Shown here in pieces: positions 51,023-63,864 of a DNA stretch of 64,000 nucleotides. Made by a program: the position numbers and the translations under genes. How positions within the stretch are numbered: position 1 is the first letter of the stretch; the number at the start of each line of letters is the position of its first letter. The notes below the pieces were generated by a model that was not told where the DNA came from, did no database searches, and worked only from the letters and a program-made list of their open reading frames with translations. The stretch is from Octopus sinensis (lineage: Eukaryota): NCBI RefSeq assembly GCF_006345805.1, contig NC_043021.1:21948001-22012000 (forward strand), in the 5' to 3' direction.

Positions 51023-51495
51023 ATGTGTGTGTGTGTGTGTGTGTATGTTTGTGTGTCTATGTTTGTCCCCCCCACATTGCTTGACAACTGATGCTGGTGT
51101 GTTTATGTCCCCTTAACATAGTGGTTAGGCAAAGGAGACTGATAGAATAAGTACTAGGCTTGCAAAGAATAAGCTCTGGGGGTGATTTGCTCAACTAGAG
51201 GTGGTGCTCCAGCATGGCCACAGTCAAATGACTGAAACAAGTAAAACAAAAAAAGATATATATATATATGTATGTGTGTACATATAAGTTTGGATGTCTG
51301 TGTTTGTTCCACTCACCCACCATCGCTTGACAACCAATGCTGATGTGTTTATGTCCCTGTACCTTAGCGGTTCAGCAAAAGAGACCGATGGAATAAGTAC
51401 TAGGCTTACAAAGATTAAGCTCTAAGGGCGATTTACTTGACTAAATGTGGTGCTCCAGCATGGCCACTATCAAATGACTGAAACAAGTAAAAGAA
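50830..51495 (+). mobile_element. SINE family A plus an adjacent second 3' half
   Basis: Head at ~50832; tails at ~51245 and ~51490. Confidence 0.7.
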
Positions 51496-52353
51496 TAACA
51501 GAATATATCTGTGTATGTGTGTAAATATATATATACATACATATATAAACACACACATTTACACATATTTAACTGTATATGTATGCACACATTTATAGGA
51601 AACACCATTACAGATCTCCACCAGGTTTACTGGATTCCGTCTTATCTGATTTATAATCATATACATGTTTCTAGGTATGTATGTGTATGTATGTATATAT
51701 ATATCTGTGTGTGAGCATGTGTGTAAATCTATATGCAACTAATGCATATGTAATTATATATATACATATTGAGATAGGCTTTTATATATATTCTACTTAT
51801 TACACAACATTACTCTTTTATGTACACTTTTTTTATGTACATTCTTTTATGTACACTGATTTGTTCTGCTTTTTTATGTTTAACCCTACAGTCTCTTATG
51901 TGGTGGTTTAATAAAGTATGTGATTGAGTATTATCTGGTAATTGATATTTGATTTAGATGTATTTCTCCATTTTCTTATCTTGTATTAATTATATATATA
52001 TATATTTGCATATAATTATTTGTTGCCAGGATGTTACACACGTGAAGTTGAGGGTTTCATGCATAATGCATTTGATAAATTTCATGCATAAAACTCACTC
52101 TCGGGACTTGAAAGACTTTTGTAAATTTCTGTTGATGAGAAATATGTAAAAAAAAAAGCCATATTCACTCATGTACTGAGTTGTCACAAGCTACACACTA
52201 TACACACACACACACACATATATAAATTAGAAAAAAGCCACCTTTTATCAATTCAATAATGAAAAAATTAAATTATATCATTTAGAAAAATTACATCTTA
52301 TAGAAAGATTAAATATAAGATAAAACTTATACCAGTGATTAAGTAATGCGCAA

Positions 52354-52402
<49 letters not shown>

Positions 52403-52434
52403 TATATATATATATATATATATAAACATATATA

Positions 52435-53641
52435 GAGAGTGTGTAAGGTATTTGAGGACATGCTTTTTTTGGTCATTGCTGCATTTTTTGCTAACTCTGT
52501 ATAATCTTTGTTTTAAAAAATAAAAATGGCAGACTCTCAGCTTACTCACAAAATGAAGAGACATGCTATTATTCTGGTTATAAAGGCTGAGCATAGCAGT
52601 TTAGAAATATCTCAATTTTTAAAAGTTGCCAGATCTTTTGTCTGCAAAAGTTTGTAAGGAACTAAAGACTGGAGATGGAAACGTATCACCAGTATCAAAG
52701 CATAAAATGCATTCTAAATGTTCTGAAATCATCAGAACACTTGAATTTATCCAGCAAGTTCAACAGACCATTGATTACAATCCCAGAAAATCCATGAGGT
52801 CAATTGCAAAAGATCTGCATGTGTCAGAAGGAACAGTCAGAAATGTTGTCCATGAAGACATCAGATATGTGTTATATGATGAGGAAAGGTCAATATGTTA
52901 GAAAAAGCAAAAGAAAATCACTACGTCAGATCTAAAAGGCTCTTAAACAAACTTTGACCAAGATCAGAAAGTTAATATAAGAAATGACAGACGGTTATGT
53001 GCAGACCCTTCTGAATTTCCAAGTGTTATACATACAAAATTTCCTGCAACTGTCGTGGTTTTAGGGGTTGTCAGCAATGGAGGACGTGTGATGCCTCCTT
53101 ACTTCTTTCCACGAGGCTTTAGAGTTAACTCTGCTACCTACATTGAGGTCCTGGAAACAATTGCTAAGCCCTGGATAGACAGTGTATGCAATGGAAGGCC
53201 ATATGTGTTTCAGTTAGACTCTGCCCTATCACACATGGCTCTAGTAACACAGAAATGGATGGCTGAAAATTTTCATGATCACATAACCCCTAACATTTGG
53301 CCTCCTAATTCTCCAGATCTCAATCCATTGGATTATCACATGCAGAGTGTTTTTGAGAGAGAGGTCAATGAGCACGCCCATAACACCAAAGATTCTTTGA
53401 AAGCTGCCATTGTCAGAGTAATGTCCAAAATGAACCAGGACCACTTGATTCGAGCATGTAGATGCTTTAGATCTAATATAGAAGCAGTTGTTGAAGCTGA
53501 AGCTGGCTTTATTAAATAGCATTATAGAAAAGGAGGTTTACTTTTATCCTCATAGCATTTTTTGATAAATAAATTTATTGTCTGTTATTATATATCTGTT
53601 TTTTCTTTTATAAACATAAATCTTTCCTCAAATTTCATACA

Positions 53642-53648
<7 letters not shown>
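52435..53648 (+). mobile_element. Decayed Tc1/mariner transposon, DD37D (maT) type, 1214 bp
   Basis: 24-bp imperfect TIRs (52435-52458 / 53625-53648) flanked by TA; N-terminal HTH region SMRSIAKDLHVSEGTVRNVVHEDI. Confidence 0.85.
53055..53519 (+). pseudogene. Transposase catalytic C-terminal part
   Basis: FQLD-(37 aa)-D in WPPNSPDLNPLDY. Confidence 0.9.
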
Positions 53649-53676
<28 letters not shown>

Positions 53677-53677
<1 letters not shown>

Positions 53678-53841
53678 GCACAGGAGTGGCTGTGTGGTAA
53701 GTAGCTTGCTAACCAACCACATGGTTCCGGGTTCAGTCCCATTGCATGGCATCTTGGGCAAGTGTCTTCTGCTAAAGCCCTGGGCCGACCAATGCCTTGT
53801 GAGTGGATTTGGTAGACCGAAACTGAAAGAAGCCTGTCGTA

Positions 53842-53875
<34 letters not shown>

Positions 53876-54081
53876 TATGTGTTTGTTCCCCTAGCATTGC
53901 TTGACAACTGATGCTGGTGTTCTTACGTTCCTGTCACTTAGCGGTTTGGCAAAAAGAGACTGATAGAATAAGTACTGGGCTTACAAAAAGAATAAGTCCC
54001 AGGGTCGACTTGCTCGACTAAAGGCGGTGCTCCAGCATGGCCGCAGTCAAATGACTGAAACAAGTAAAAGAGTAAAAAAGT
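53677..54081 (+). mobile_element. Full-length SINE family A
   Basis: Head to (gagtaaaa) tail. Confidence 0.85.
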
Positions 54082-54082
54082 A

Positions 54083-54122
<40 letters not shown>

Positions 54123-54399
54123 GTATCTGTTAAATATTTATATATATAGAAATGTACACATGTGTATGTGCATGTGTGAAAACATCACACACACACACAC
54201 ACATATACTAATACAGAGGGATGCACACACAGGTATGGCTGTCTGATTAAGAAAGTTTGCAATCATGTGACTTCTGGTTCAGTGCACCTGTGCTGCTCTT
54301 CGGGGAAGTGTCTTTTGCAAGAGCTCCAGGCACAACCAATGCTTTCTGTGACTTATTTGGTAGACACAATCTGCCCAGTTGGCACTTCATAGGTCTCTT

Positions 54400-54830
54400 A
54401 AAGTTACAGGTTGTTGTGTGTATTGGAGGCCATATATACGTGTGCACTTGCATCTATTGTAGCTCGTGACTCATTAAGTGATGCTGTCATACAATAGGGC
54501 TTTAAAAAGTTAATTACACTTAAAAGGGCAATTACTTAGGGGAGTGTAATTACAGGTAGGAGAAAAAACTCAATTATTATTGTTTGAAAGGTTTTGGCAG
54601 ATTGCAGAATATTCACAGCAGGAATAGCTTATCTTTATCAAGTTTCTGTTGAATACCTGATGATATCTGCAATACATCACAAAAGGTAAGGAAACATTTT
54701 GCAATATTTCAGCATTTAAACTGAAAATTGGATTATACCACAAAATATTATTGGGTTTATTTATTTTTTGGGGTGGGGTACTTACAAATAACAGAGTAGT
54801 TTGTATATTGAATATTATCAGTAACAATCA
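54400..54830 (-). pseudogene. Second decayed PLE linker/GIY-YIG relic
   Basis: NILWYNPIFS...YHQVFNRNLIKISYSC, then TCNYTPLSNCPF..PIV*Q..VY.GL across frameshifts. Confidence 0.5.
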
Positions 54831-55967
54831 CTTGCTACTATTGATAAGAGTCTCATTAAGATAAGGAAAATAATTAATAAGTGCAGCCACACTAGAAGTA
54901 AAATGGTTTTGTTTAATAACTATATATCATTTACTTGTTTCAGTCGTCCATGCCTACAACAACCATCATCATCTTTGTTTTAATGTCCATTTTTCTATGC
55001 TTGCATTTAAGGATGCTCTTCCTGTCATCAACCCTTGCCTGTTTCAAAGCAAGGTATTATTTCCCTGCATCCAGATATATTTCCTCAGAATTTTGAAAAT
55101 TTATGACACTGCTTGTATGACAGTGACACTCATCTACAATTAACTTGCAATTAACTTTCGTACTAAATCAAATAAAAAAAAATAATTTAAAAGATAAAAA
55201 CCAGTCTGGTTTTCACCAGTTTGAACTCAGATTAAGTAAAATTTTAAAAATCGAACAGTAAAGTTTCTACATGCTAAGATTAACTTTAATCCAACATTGA
55301 GGTCGCAATCTCTTTTTCCAATATGATCTCCCCCCAAAAATGATGCTGTTATCCCTATGGTAGCTTATCTTTTAAGCAAAAAACTTACACACACAATTGC
55401 ATGCATACATCTATCTTTATACATGATAGGGCTTCTTTCAGTTTCCAATTATCTAGTCAGAAAGCTTTGGTCTGGAGCTGAAGTAGAAGACATTTACCCA
55501 AGATGCCTAGCTGTAGAACTGAAGACAAAATCTGTCATCTCTTTTCATCTTTTCATGATTGTTAAAATGAACATCCGTTGAACACTGAGGTGAACGCTAT
55601 CAACTCACCATCTCCACTAACATTACTTTACCTTGTACCCAAATTTGAAATCATCATCATCATCGTTTAACGTCCATTTTCCATGCTAGCATGGGTTGGA
55701 TGGATAATTACCGTTAAAATTCTGCTCTTCATAATTATACACCACCACTACTTTTTGCAGTTGGCTGGTTTTGTGCCACCTTCATTAAAGCATTTTTGAC
55801 TCACCTGGCTTTTGTTTTCTCCTTATCCATACGCTGTCCAACACTTTGTATACCCCTGCCCACCTGAACCCTTAAACCCAGATCTTTCTTTTCAAAATGT
55901 CACCTCTCTACAATTCCTTCCCTTGACATTTCATTCCCTCAATTGCTGGCAAGCACTATATTAAGTG

Positions 55968-56335
55968 CCTGCAGGTGTGGCTGTGTGGTAAGAAGCTTGC
56001 TTTCCTCGTAAATGAATTTTGTATTGTGAAAAATTCAAGAGGTTTGTTGCGTCGTGACTGTAATATAAAAGACCAATGTTCTTGGGTAAGCAGCAATCGA
56101 TGGGCATTGCTTGTTGCCCTTATTTATCATCATTTTCATTTGTCATTTCATAACATTATGCCTATGTCCAGCCTGCAGCTTCCCTTCTATGTAATGCCGT
56201 TGTGGCAAATATTATGAATAAAAGACGATTGCTTTCCGATTGCATGGTCCCAAGTTCAGTCCCACTGCGTGGCATCTTGGGCAAGTGTCTTCTACTATTG
56301 CCTCAGGCCGACCAAAGCCTTGTGAGTGGATTTGC
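55968..56335 (+). mobile_element. SINE family A interrupted by a 223-bp insertion
   Basis: The head stops at ttgctttcc (55997-56005) and resumes after ttgctttcc (56229-56237). Confidence 0.7.
56006..56228. other. Unclassified insert with 9-bp target-site duplication
   Basis: TSD ttgctttcc; termini tcgt/acga; aataaa near the right end. Confidence 0.6.
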
Positions 56336-56385
56336 TCTTAAATGTCTGCTTTGGCAACTTTTCTGGGGCTGGATTATATTAGTTT

Positions 56386-56777
56386 TACTCTCTCTTTTAC
56401 TTGTTTCAGTCATTTGACTGCGGCCATGCTGGAGCACCACCTTTAATCGAGCAACTTGATCCGGGACTTATTCTTTGTAAGCCCAGTACTTATTCTATCG
56501 GTCTCTTTTGCTGAACCGCTAAGTGACGGGGACATAAACACACCAGTATCGGTTGTCAAGCAATACTAGGGGGACAAACACACATGCACATATATATATA
56601 TACATACATATATACGATGGGCTTCTTTCAGTTTCCGTCTACCAAATCCACTCACAAGGCTTTGGTCAGCCCGAGGCTATAGTAGAAGACACTTGCCCAA
56701 GATGCCACGCAGTGGGACTGAACCCGGAACCATGTGGTTGGTTAGCAAGCTACTTACCACACAGCCACTCCTGCGCC
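56386..56777 (-). mobile_element. Full-length SINE family A
   Basis: Reverse complement ending cctgcgcc. Confidence 0.85.
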
Positions 56778-57186
56778 TTGTTTGGGAACAGGTGACAATT
56801 GGTCACAGGAAATGAAATATGGGTATAGAACACCCACCTCAAAAAAAAACCCCAAAACAAAAAGGAATTCTATCACACCCTTGCAAGCAGGTAAAACTTT
56901 ATGCTAAGATGATGTTGCTGATATGTATATGTGTCAGGCTGTATTAGAGAATATATCTACAGATTTTTAGATAATACTGTATGCAACAGATAAATATAAA
57001 CACCTTGTCTTCATATATAACTGTCTGTTATATACGGCACTGGGTGAAAATCTATAAAATCTATATTATGATATTCTGTAGTATGTAAATAGCATTGAAA
57101 CAAAACACGGTTTAATGCTCTAACAATACACACACACACACATATACACACACGCATATATATATATAATATATATACATACATTC

Positions 57187-57229
<43 letters not shown>

Positions 57230-57277
57230 ACATATATACACGCATACACGTGCTCTGATATATATATATATATATTA

Positions 57278-57326
<49 letters not shown>

Positions 57327-57534
57327 TATACATATATATATGTATATATATATGATATATATTAAATATGTATATATAATAGTCTATATATATATATATG
57401 TATGTATGTAATATTATGTAGGTATATATATATATATACGCACACATGCACACTTGTATATTGATATATATGTATATGTTCACGCTTATATTTGTGTGTA
57501 TACACACACACATTTATATACTCACACATGCACT

Positions 57535-57574
<40 letters not shown>

Positions 57575-57785
57575 CATACATACGTATGCATACATATATA
57601 TGTGTGTGTGTATGTGCGTATCCACTCACACTTAAAAACTATGGAAGCCTATCCAGCAAATGACCTTTTCTCATGGAACACACAGGCTGATTGTCATGAG
57701 AAGGCCACTTATGTTTTCCTTGAAGCACCTTAATATGAGATATCAAGTAGAATCTCTCCTCCCTCCTTCCCCTTGACACACTCTT

Positions 57786-57822
<37 letters not shown>

Positions 57823-57913
57823 TCTTGTCTTTCTTTCCATTGCCAGAAGTTTCCTGTATTTAGCACATCTCAAATACCAATTGCTTCAACTATGAATCTT
57901 TCCATACCTCCAT

Positions 57914-57960
<47 letters not shown>

Positions 57961-58277
57961 TTCTCACACACACACACATATACACATTGTGTGGTGTCTG
58001 TCTGTCCCTCATTCTCTCTCTCTCTTTTATTATCTCTCTCACCTCTTCCTTTCTCTCTTTCTCTCTCCTATCTCTCTCTCTCTCTCTGTGTCTCTCATTT
58101 TCACACACACACACTCTCACTCTCTCTCTCTCTCTTTGTTTCTCCTCTCTTTCTCCTCTCTTTCTCTTTCTCCTATTACACTTTCTGTCCACTATCTCTC
58201 TCTCTTTCTCTATGTCTCCTTTCTCTCTGTCTCCTATCTCTCTCCCTCTCTCTCATTTTTACACACACACACACACG

Positions 58278-58318
<41 letters not shown>

Positions 58319-58456
58319 TCTCTCTCTCCTTCTGCCTCTTATCTCTCTCTCTCTCTCTTTCTCTCAAACTCAGTCTGTATTCTCACATATGTTCTCTGTT
58401 CGATATATCAGTCATCTTTTTTACTTTACCATCACGATCTTCGATTGTGTTTGTAT

Positions 58457-58511
<55 letters not shown>

Positions 58512-58976
58512 ATATATATGTGTATGTTTGTGTGTATGAGTGTGCATGGGTATGTATATAGATATATATGTGTGTGAGTGTGTGTGTATGCACGTATGTC
58601 TGTATATATGTTTGTGCCTATAAATGTGTGTGTGTGTCTGTGTAACTAAGGTCAGATTTCTTCAGCTGGTCCTCTCCCCATGCCCACCACCATAAATGGA
58701 TACTTGCACTACTAGAAATTGCAGCCAAACTCCCCTCAAAATCGCACCATGATGTTATCGCCATCGTTGATGTTATCATTATCAATATTGTTACCACCAC
58801 CACTACCACGACCCTCATCATCATCATCATCACCACCACCACCACCACCATCATCACCACCACCACCATCGCCATCATTATATCAAGTTAACATGTTTGC
58901 CTTGGTCACATTTACATCTCAGAACACCCTGATTAGTGTGACTGAGAGTATGTGTGTATATGCCCTTGTATCTTTG

Positions 58977-59022
<46 letters not shown>

Positions 59023-59088
59023 ATTGTATGTCTGTGTCTATATGTGTATTGATGTGAGTCAACATTTATGTACATATGTATACATGAA

Positions 59089-59133
<45 letters not shown>

Positions 59134-59654
59134 GATGAAACAAAGGCGACTGAAGAAGGGGAATTTTCCTTGTTTTGTATGTCCTGTACTCTTTTTTTTG
59201 TTGTTTAAAAAAATGTCCATTTCCTTGGTTTTGTGTTTATATTTTCGTTTCTCATTGCGTTCGACGTTTTTTTGGTGTCCTGTACCCATATATGCATGTA
59301 TATATACATGTAGAGGTAAGTACGTACATATATGTTTGTATATATGCATATATTTTATTTATTTATTAATTCTTTTTATATATATATATAAGATTAATCA
59401 GCCGAAATTGCTACGATGATCCGGTTCTTGACTGAAGATTGTCCCGTCCGTGTTTTTTGTATTGTCTTCTAAGTGTTCTGCGTTCTTGTCCCAGTTTGTA
59501 TTTTTCTACATATAATAATAATAATAATATATATATTGTTTTATTTCGGAATGGTCATATTGCCAGTTTAGCCAATAAAAACACACGCACTATATATTTG
59601 GTGTTATTTTGCTTCAGTGATATTTATTTTTTACATTAATCTTAATCTTATTTC

Positions 59655-59699
59655 GGCCAAAGTTCTTTCGTCACACTCCTGTGACCGCATCAGTGGTCC
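59655..59699 (-). ncRNA. Hammerhead-like fold in the PLE pseudo-LTR (C9 variant)
   Basis: Identical to 63820-63864. Confidence 0.5.
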
Positions 59700-60036
59700 T
59701 TTGTTTTCTTCTCACTTACTTGTGTCTCTCCTTACTAACCGTCAGTCATTTTGTATTTCTATTGTATGTCTTCATTTGCGCATACTTATATCTCTATGTG
59801 CGTCTATGTTTATTTAGTGTGTGTGTGGGGGGGATGCCTGTAATATTTGAATCTTCTGGTTATATACATTCTTGTAATTTGTATTTTGTTTTTGTTGTTG
59901 TTGCTTTTGTTCTAATTTTGTTCATGTGTTTACATCCACCCATTATTATCATTACATATGCTTGTATGTATGTATAACAACAATATTAGTAATAATAATA
60001 ATAAATCTAATCGAAAAAAAATAATAAAATAAAAAT

Positions 60037-60071
<35 letters not shown>

Positions 60072-60185
60072 TACATACACACATACATATATATATATAT
60101 ATATACACACATACATATATATAGTTATTCATTTCTATTTCTTTAATTATCTGTGTATTTATTATGTTTGCAGGATCCACTATCG

Positions 60186-61147
60186 TCATATGTTGTGGTG
60201 TGTGCTATTGCTCCATTCTAGTTTTCTATTCAGGCTAGGTTTATTTTCTATTATATGTGTAGCTTCTGTAATTTGTCTAATTGTTGCATCTGTTCTATGT
60301 GTGGACAATATCTTAATCTCTATGTTATTGATTGATCCCCCGTGTTCTTGTTCGGCGTGTTGGTACAGAATCGATGAGCTTTTACCTTCCTTGAGTTGTC
60401 TCCAAAGTTCATTCACCCGCTCTCCAATGCTTCTTGCTGTTTCCCCTACGTATGTTACTGTCTTGTTACTGCATCGTCCCTCTATACATCTTATACTATA
60501 GACCACATTTCTGGCTTTACAGTTTGTTTGTGGGCTAAATCTACATACAGTGCAATAGTTATCCGTACAGAGAGTTCTACTAAAAGGATAGGTTCTACCA
60601 ATTATAGATCTGATAGGGTTGCCTGGCTTTTCAACAACCTTAATTCTTAGTTTAAGTTTATCTAGGGTCCTTCTAAAGCGGTACGCCAGTTCACCTCCAG
60701 GGGTGGTGTCAACGAACATGACACTCTGGTATTTATGGCTATCATACCAAGAGTTGGCCTTCCCTATTTTCTTTTTTGTCCTTTCTATAGTGTTCCATGA
60801 CTTGTTCCTATAGAGTGGGCAAATCCCATTCCTATCATTACATAATATATTATCAAATTTCTTCATGGCTCCTTTGTATACTCTGATCCTTTCTTTATGG
60901 CTGTAACCTGAGAACTGCATGCGGTGAATGAAATACTGTATGTGTCTCTTTAATTCTGTAGGCTCGCACATGCGTGACACATTTCTCATTATTCTGACGA
61001 GGTCCGCCATCAAAATATTGAATTTGGCATTGCCCGCAATGGCTGAGTTCTGGTGGATCAGGTATTTTGAGGCCATAGGTTTTGCATAGTATGAATGAAG
61101 GATTTGGGTTTTAGTTTTCACAATTTCTAGCCAGAGTTCAGTGTCTA
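60186..61147 (-). CDS. PLE RT thumb, Cys-rich linker and GIY-YIG endonuclease (C-terminal half of ORF)
   Basis: Open frame: D-TELWLE..YAKP..CTDNYCTVC..NCKARNVVYSIRC..C..YVGETARSIGER..LYQHAEQEH..ITEA..I..KPSLN. Confidence 0.85.
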
Positions 61148-61216
61148 TGCCCAACAACTCGGGATTAAACCTGCATGTGGCCTACAGAAGCTCATTCAGC
61201 GCACGAGGAATGAGAG

Positions 61217-62378
61217 GTGATATGCCTTCCCACGGATAAGTCCGGCAGGATGTCAATAGACAGCTTGCCGAACTACATCCAGGCAATGCAACCTCATATC
61301 GCCAATACAAAAGTAACAACTGTACAGGCGCATGAGGAGAGAGAAAAGGTCCTCAATGCCCACATGATGATGTGGACAATTGTTCTGGGACCTCAGAAAC
61401 GTACTGCAAAGAATTTCCAAGCCTGGAACAATGATATCCCGGCACTGTATGGACTTCGCAAGGACCATAAAGGTTTTACTGACCCTATAGCAGGACCACC
61501 AACAAGACCAGTCTGTGGAGCGAATATCGCTAGCAATTACAGAATCTCCTACTTCCTCTCAATGATCATACGCCCTATAATCAGGATGTCACCTGATGTG
61601 TGTGACAGCACAGAAGATCTCCTAAGCAGGATCAGTGACTGTAACAAAACTTGTGACTTGACAGGATGTATAGTAGGTAGCATGGATGTGGTATCCCTAT
61701 ACCCATCGATTGACATAGATTTTGCAGTGGAGAAGTGCGTGGAGATGATCAACGAGAGCCAGGTGGAGTTCTGTAATGTCGACACAGAAGAACTGGGCCT
61801 CCTACTTAGACTGACATATAATAGTGAATACTTAGATAAACATAATCTTAGTAGTTTCTGCCCCAGTAGATGTTTAAGAGGTAGACCGCCTACAATTACT
61901 TCTATGGCTAGGAAGACACATATAGAAAGATGGCGCGGATGGACCAGAGCTATACGGAGCCCCGCAAATGTCCATCAGGTAAAGAAAATGATCGCACATG
62001 CACTAGGAGCTAGTATAAGAGTTACCCTAAAAGGCCACACATTTAAATTTAATAATAAAATATATGCCCAGGACGAGGGGGCAGCCATCGGTGTTAGTAT
62101 CGCTGGTGATGTGGCCAACCTCTTCATGGTATGGTGGGACAGAAGGCTTAAAGAATGCCTACAGCAGAAATCCATACTTGTAAACATGTACTCTCGCTAT
62201 GTTGATGATATCAATATAGTAGTAAAGGCACCCCCACAAGAGAGTAATGTTGATATAGTAATAGAAACTAATACTATGGAGAGCATCCAGCAAATAGCTA
62301 ACTCCATCCACCAGAGTATTAAGGTCACAATAGACTACCCCACTAAACACCCCAACCATAGACTACCAGTACTAGACA
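61217..62378 (+). CDS. PLE reverse transcriptase (N-terminal half of ORF)
   Basis: PTDKSG, YGLRKDHK, RPVC, SMDVVSLYPSI, QDEGAAIG, RYVDDI, LPVLD. Upstream LQKLIQRTRN is one base out of frame. Confidence 0.9.
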
Positions 62379-62400
62379 TATATATATAAAAAGAATTAAT

Positions 62401-63131
62401 CAGTTCTCAGGTTACAGCCATAAAGAAAGGATCAGAGTATACAAAGGAGCCATGAAGAAATTTGATAATATATTATGTAATGATAGGAATGGGATTTGCC
62501 CACTCTATAGGAACAAGTCATGGAACACTATAGAAAGGACAAAAAAGAAAATAGGGAAGGCCAACTCTTGGTATGATAGCCATAAATACCAGAGTGTCAT
62601 GTTCGTTGACACCACCCCTGGAGGTGAACTGGCGTACCGCTTTAGAAGGACCCTAGATAAACTTAAACTAAGAATTAAGGTTGTTGAAAAGCCAGGCAAC
62701 CTATCAGATCTATAATTGGTAGAACCTATCCTTTTAGTAGAACTCTCTGTACGGATAACTATTGCACTGTATGTAGATTTAGCCCACAAACAAACTGTAA
62801 AGCCAGAAGTGTGGTCTATAGTATAAGATGTATAGAGGGACGATGCAGTAACAAGACAGTAACATACGTAGGGGAAACAGCAAGAAGCATTGGAGAGCGG
62901 GTGAATGAACTTTGGAGACAACTCAAGGAAGGTAAAAGCTCATCGATTCTGTACCAACACGCCGAACAAGAACACGGGGGATCAATCAATAACATAGAGA
63001 TTAAGATATTGTCCACACATAGAACAGATGCAACAATTAGACAAATTACAGAAGCTACACATATAATAGAAAATAAACCTAGCCTGAATAGAAAACTAGA
63101 ATGGAGCAATAGCACACACCACAACATATGA
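62401..63131 (+). pseudogene. Second copy of the PLE C-terminal region (224-nt deletion upstream, 1-bp frameshift at ~62700)
   Basis: Reverse complement of 60186-60917; ggcaacctatc here vs ggcaaccctatc in the left arm. Confidence 0.85.
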
Positions 63132-63264
63132 CGATAGTGGATCCTGCAAACATAATAAATACACAGATAATTAAAGAAATAGAAATGAATAACTATATAT
63201 ATGTATGTGTGTGTATATATATATATATATGTATGTGTGTATGTATGTGTGTATGTGTGTGTAT

Positions 63265-63480
63265 ATCATCATCATCATCATCGTCGTTTAACGTCCGTTC
63301 TCCATGCTAGCATGGGTTGGACGGTTCGACCGGGGTTCTGGGAAGCCAGAAGGCTGCACCAGGCTCCAGTCTAATTTGGCAATGTTTCTACAGCTGGATG
63401 CCCTTCCTAACGCCAACCACTCCGTGAGTGTAGTGGGTGCTTTTTACGTGCCACCTGCACAGTTTTACGTGCCACCTGCA
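63265..63480 (-). mobile_element. RTE 3'-tail element inserted only in the right PLE arm
   Basis: Absent at the matching TA tract (~60040-60120) of the left arm. Confidence 0.85.
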
Positions 63481-63819
63481 TATATAAATTTTTATTTATT
63501 TTTTTTTTCGATTAGATTTATTATTATTATTACTAATATTGTTGTTATACATACATACAAGCATATGTAATGATAATATGGGTGGATGTAAAAACATGAA
63601 CAAAATAGAACAAAAGCAACAACAACAAAAACAAAATACAATTACAAGAATGTATATAACCAGAAGATTCAAATATTACAGGCATCCCCCCACCACACAC
63701 AATAAATAAACCTAGACGCACATAGAGATATAAGCATGCGCAAATGAAGACATACAATAGAAATACAAAATGACTGACGGTTAGTAAGGAGAGACACAAG
63801 TAAGTGAGAAGAAAACAAA

Positions 63820-63864
63820 GGACCACTGATGCGGTCACAGGAGTGTGACGAAAGAACTTTGGCC
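63820..63864 (+). ncRNA. Hammerhead-like fold in the PLE pseudo-LTR (C9 variant)
   Basis: GGACCA-CUGAUGC-G-GUCACA(GGAG)UGUGAC-GAA-AG(AA)CU-U^-UGGCC; stem I 5 bp with a bulged A. Confidence 0.5.

Noticed and set aside
59390-59450. gccgaaa...ctgaaga permuted hammerhead pieces, and ctgaagaagggg at ~59149
   Set aside because: I could not build consistent stems I and III, and the second has no GAAA.
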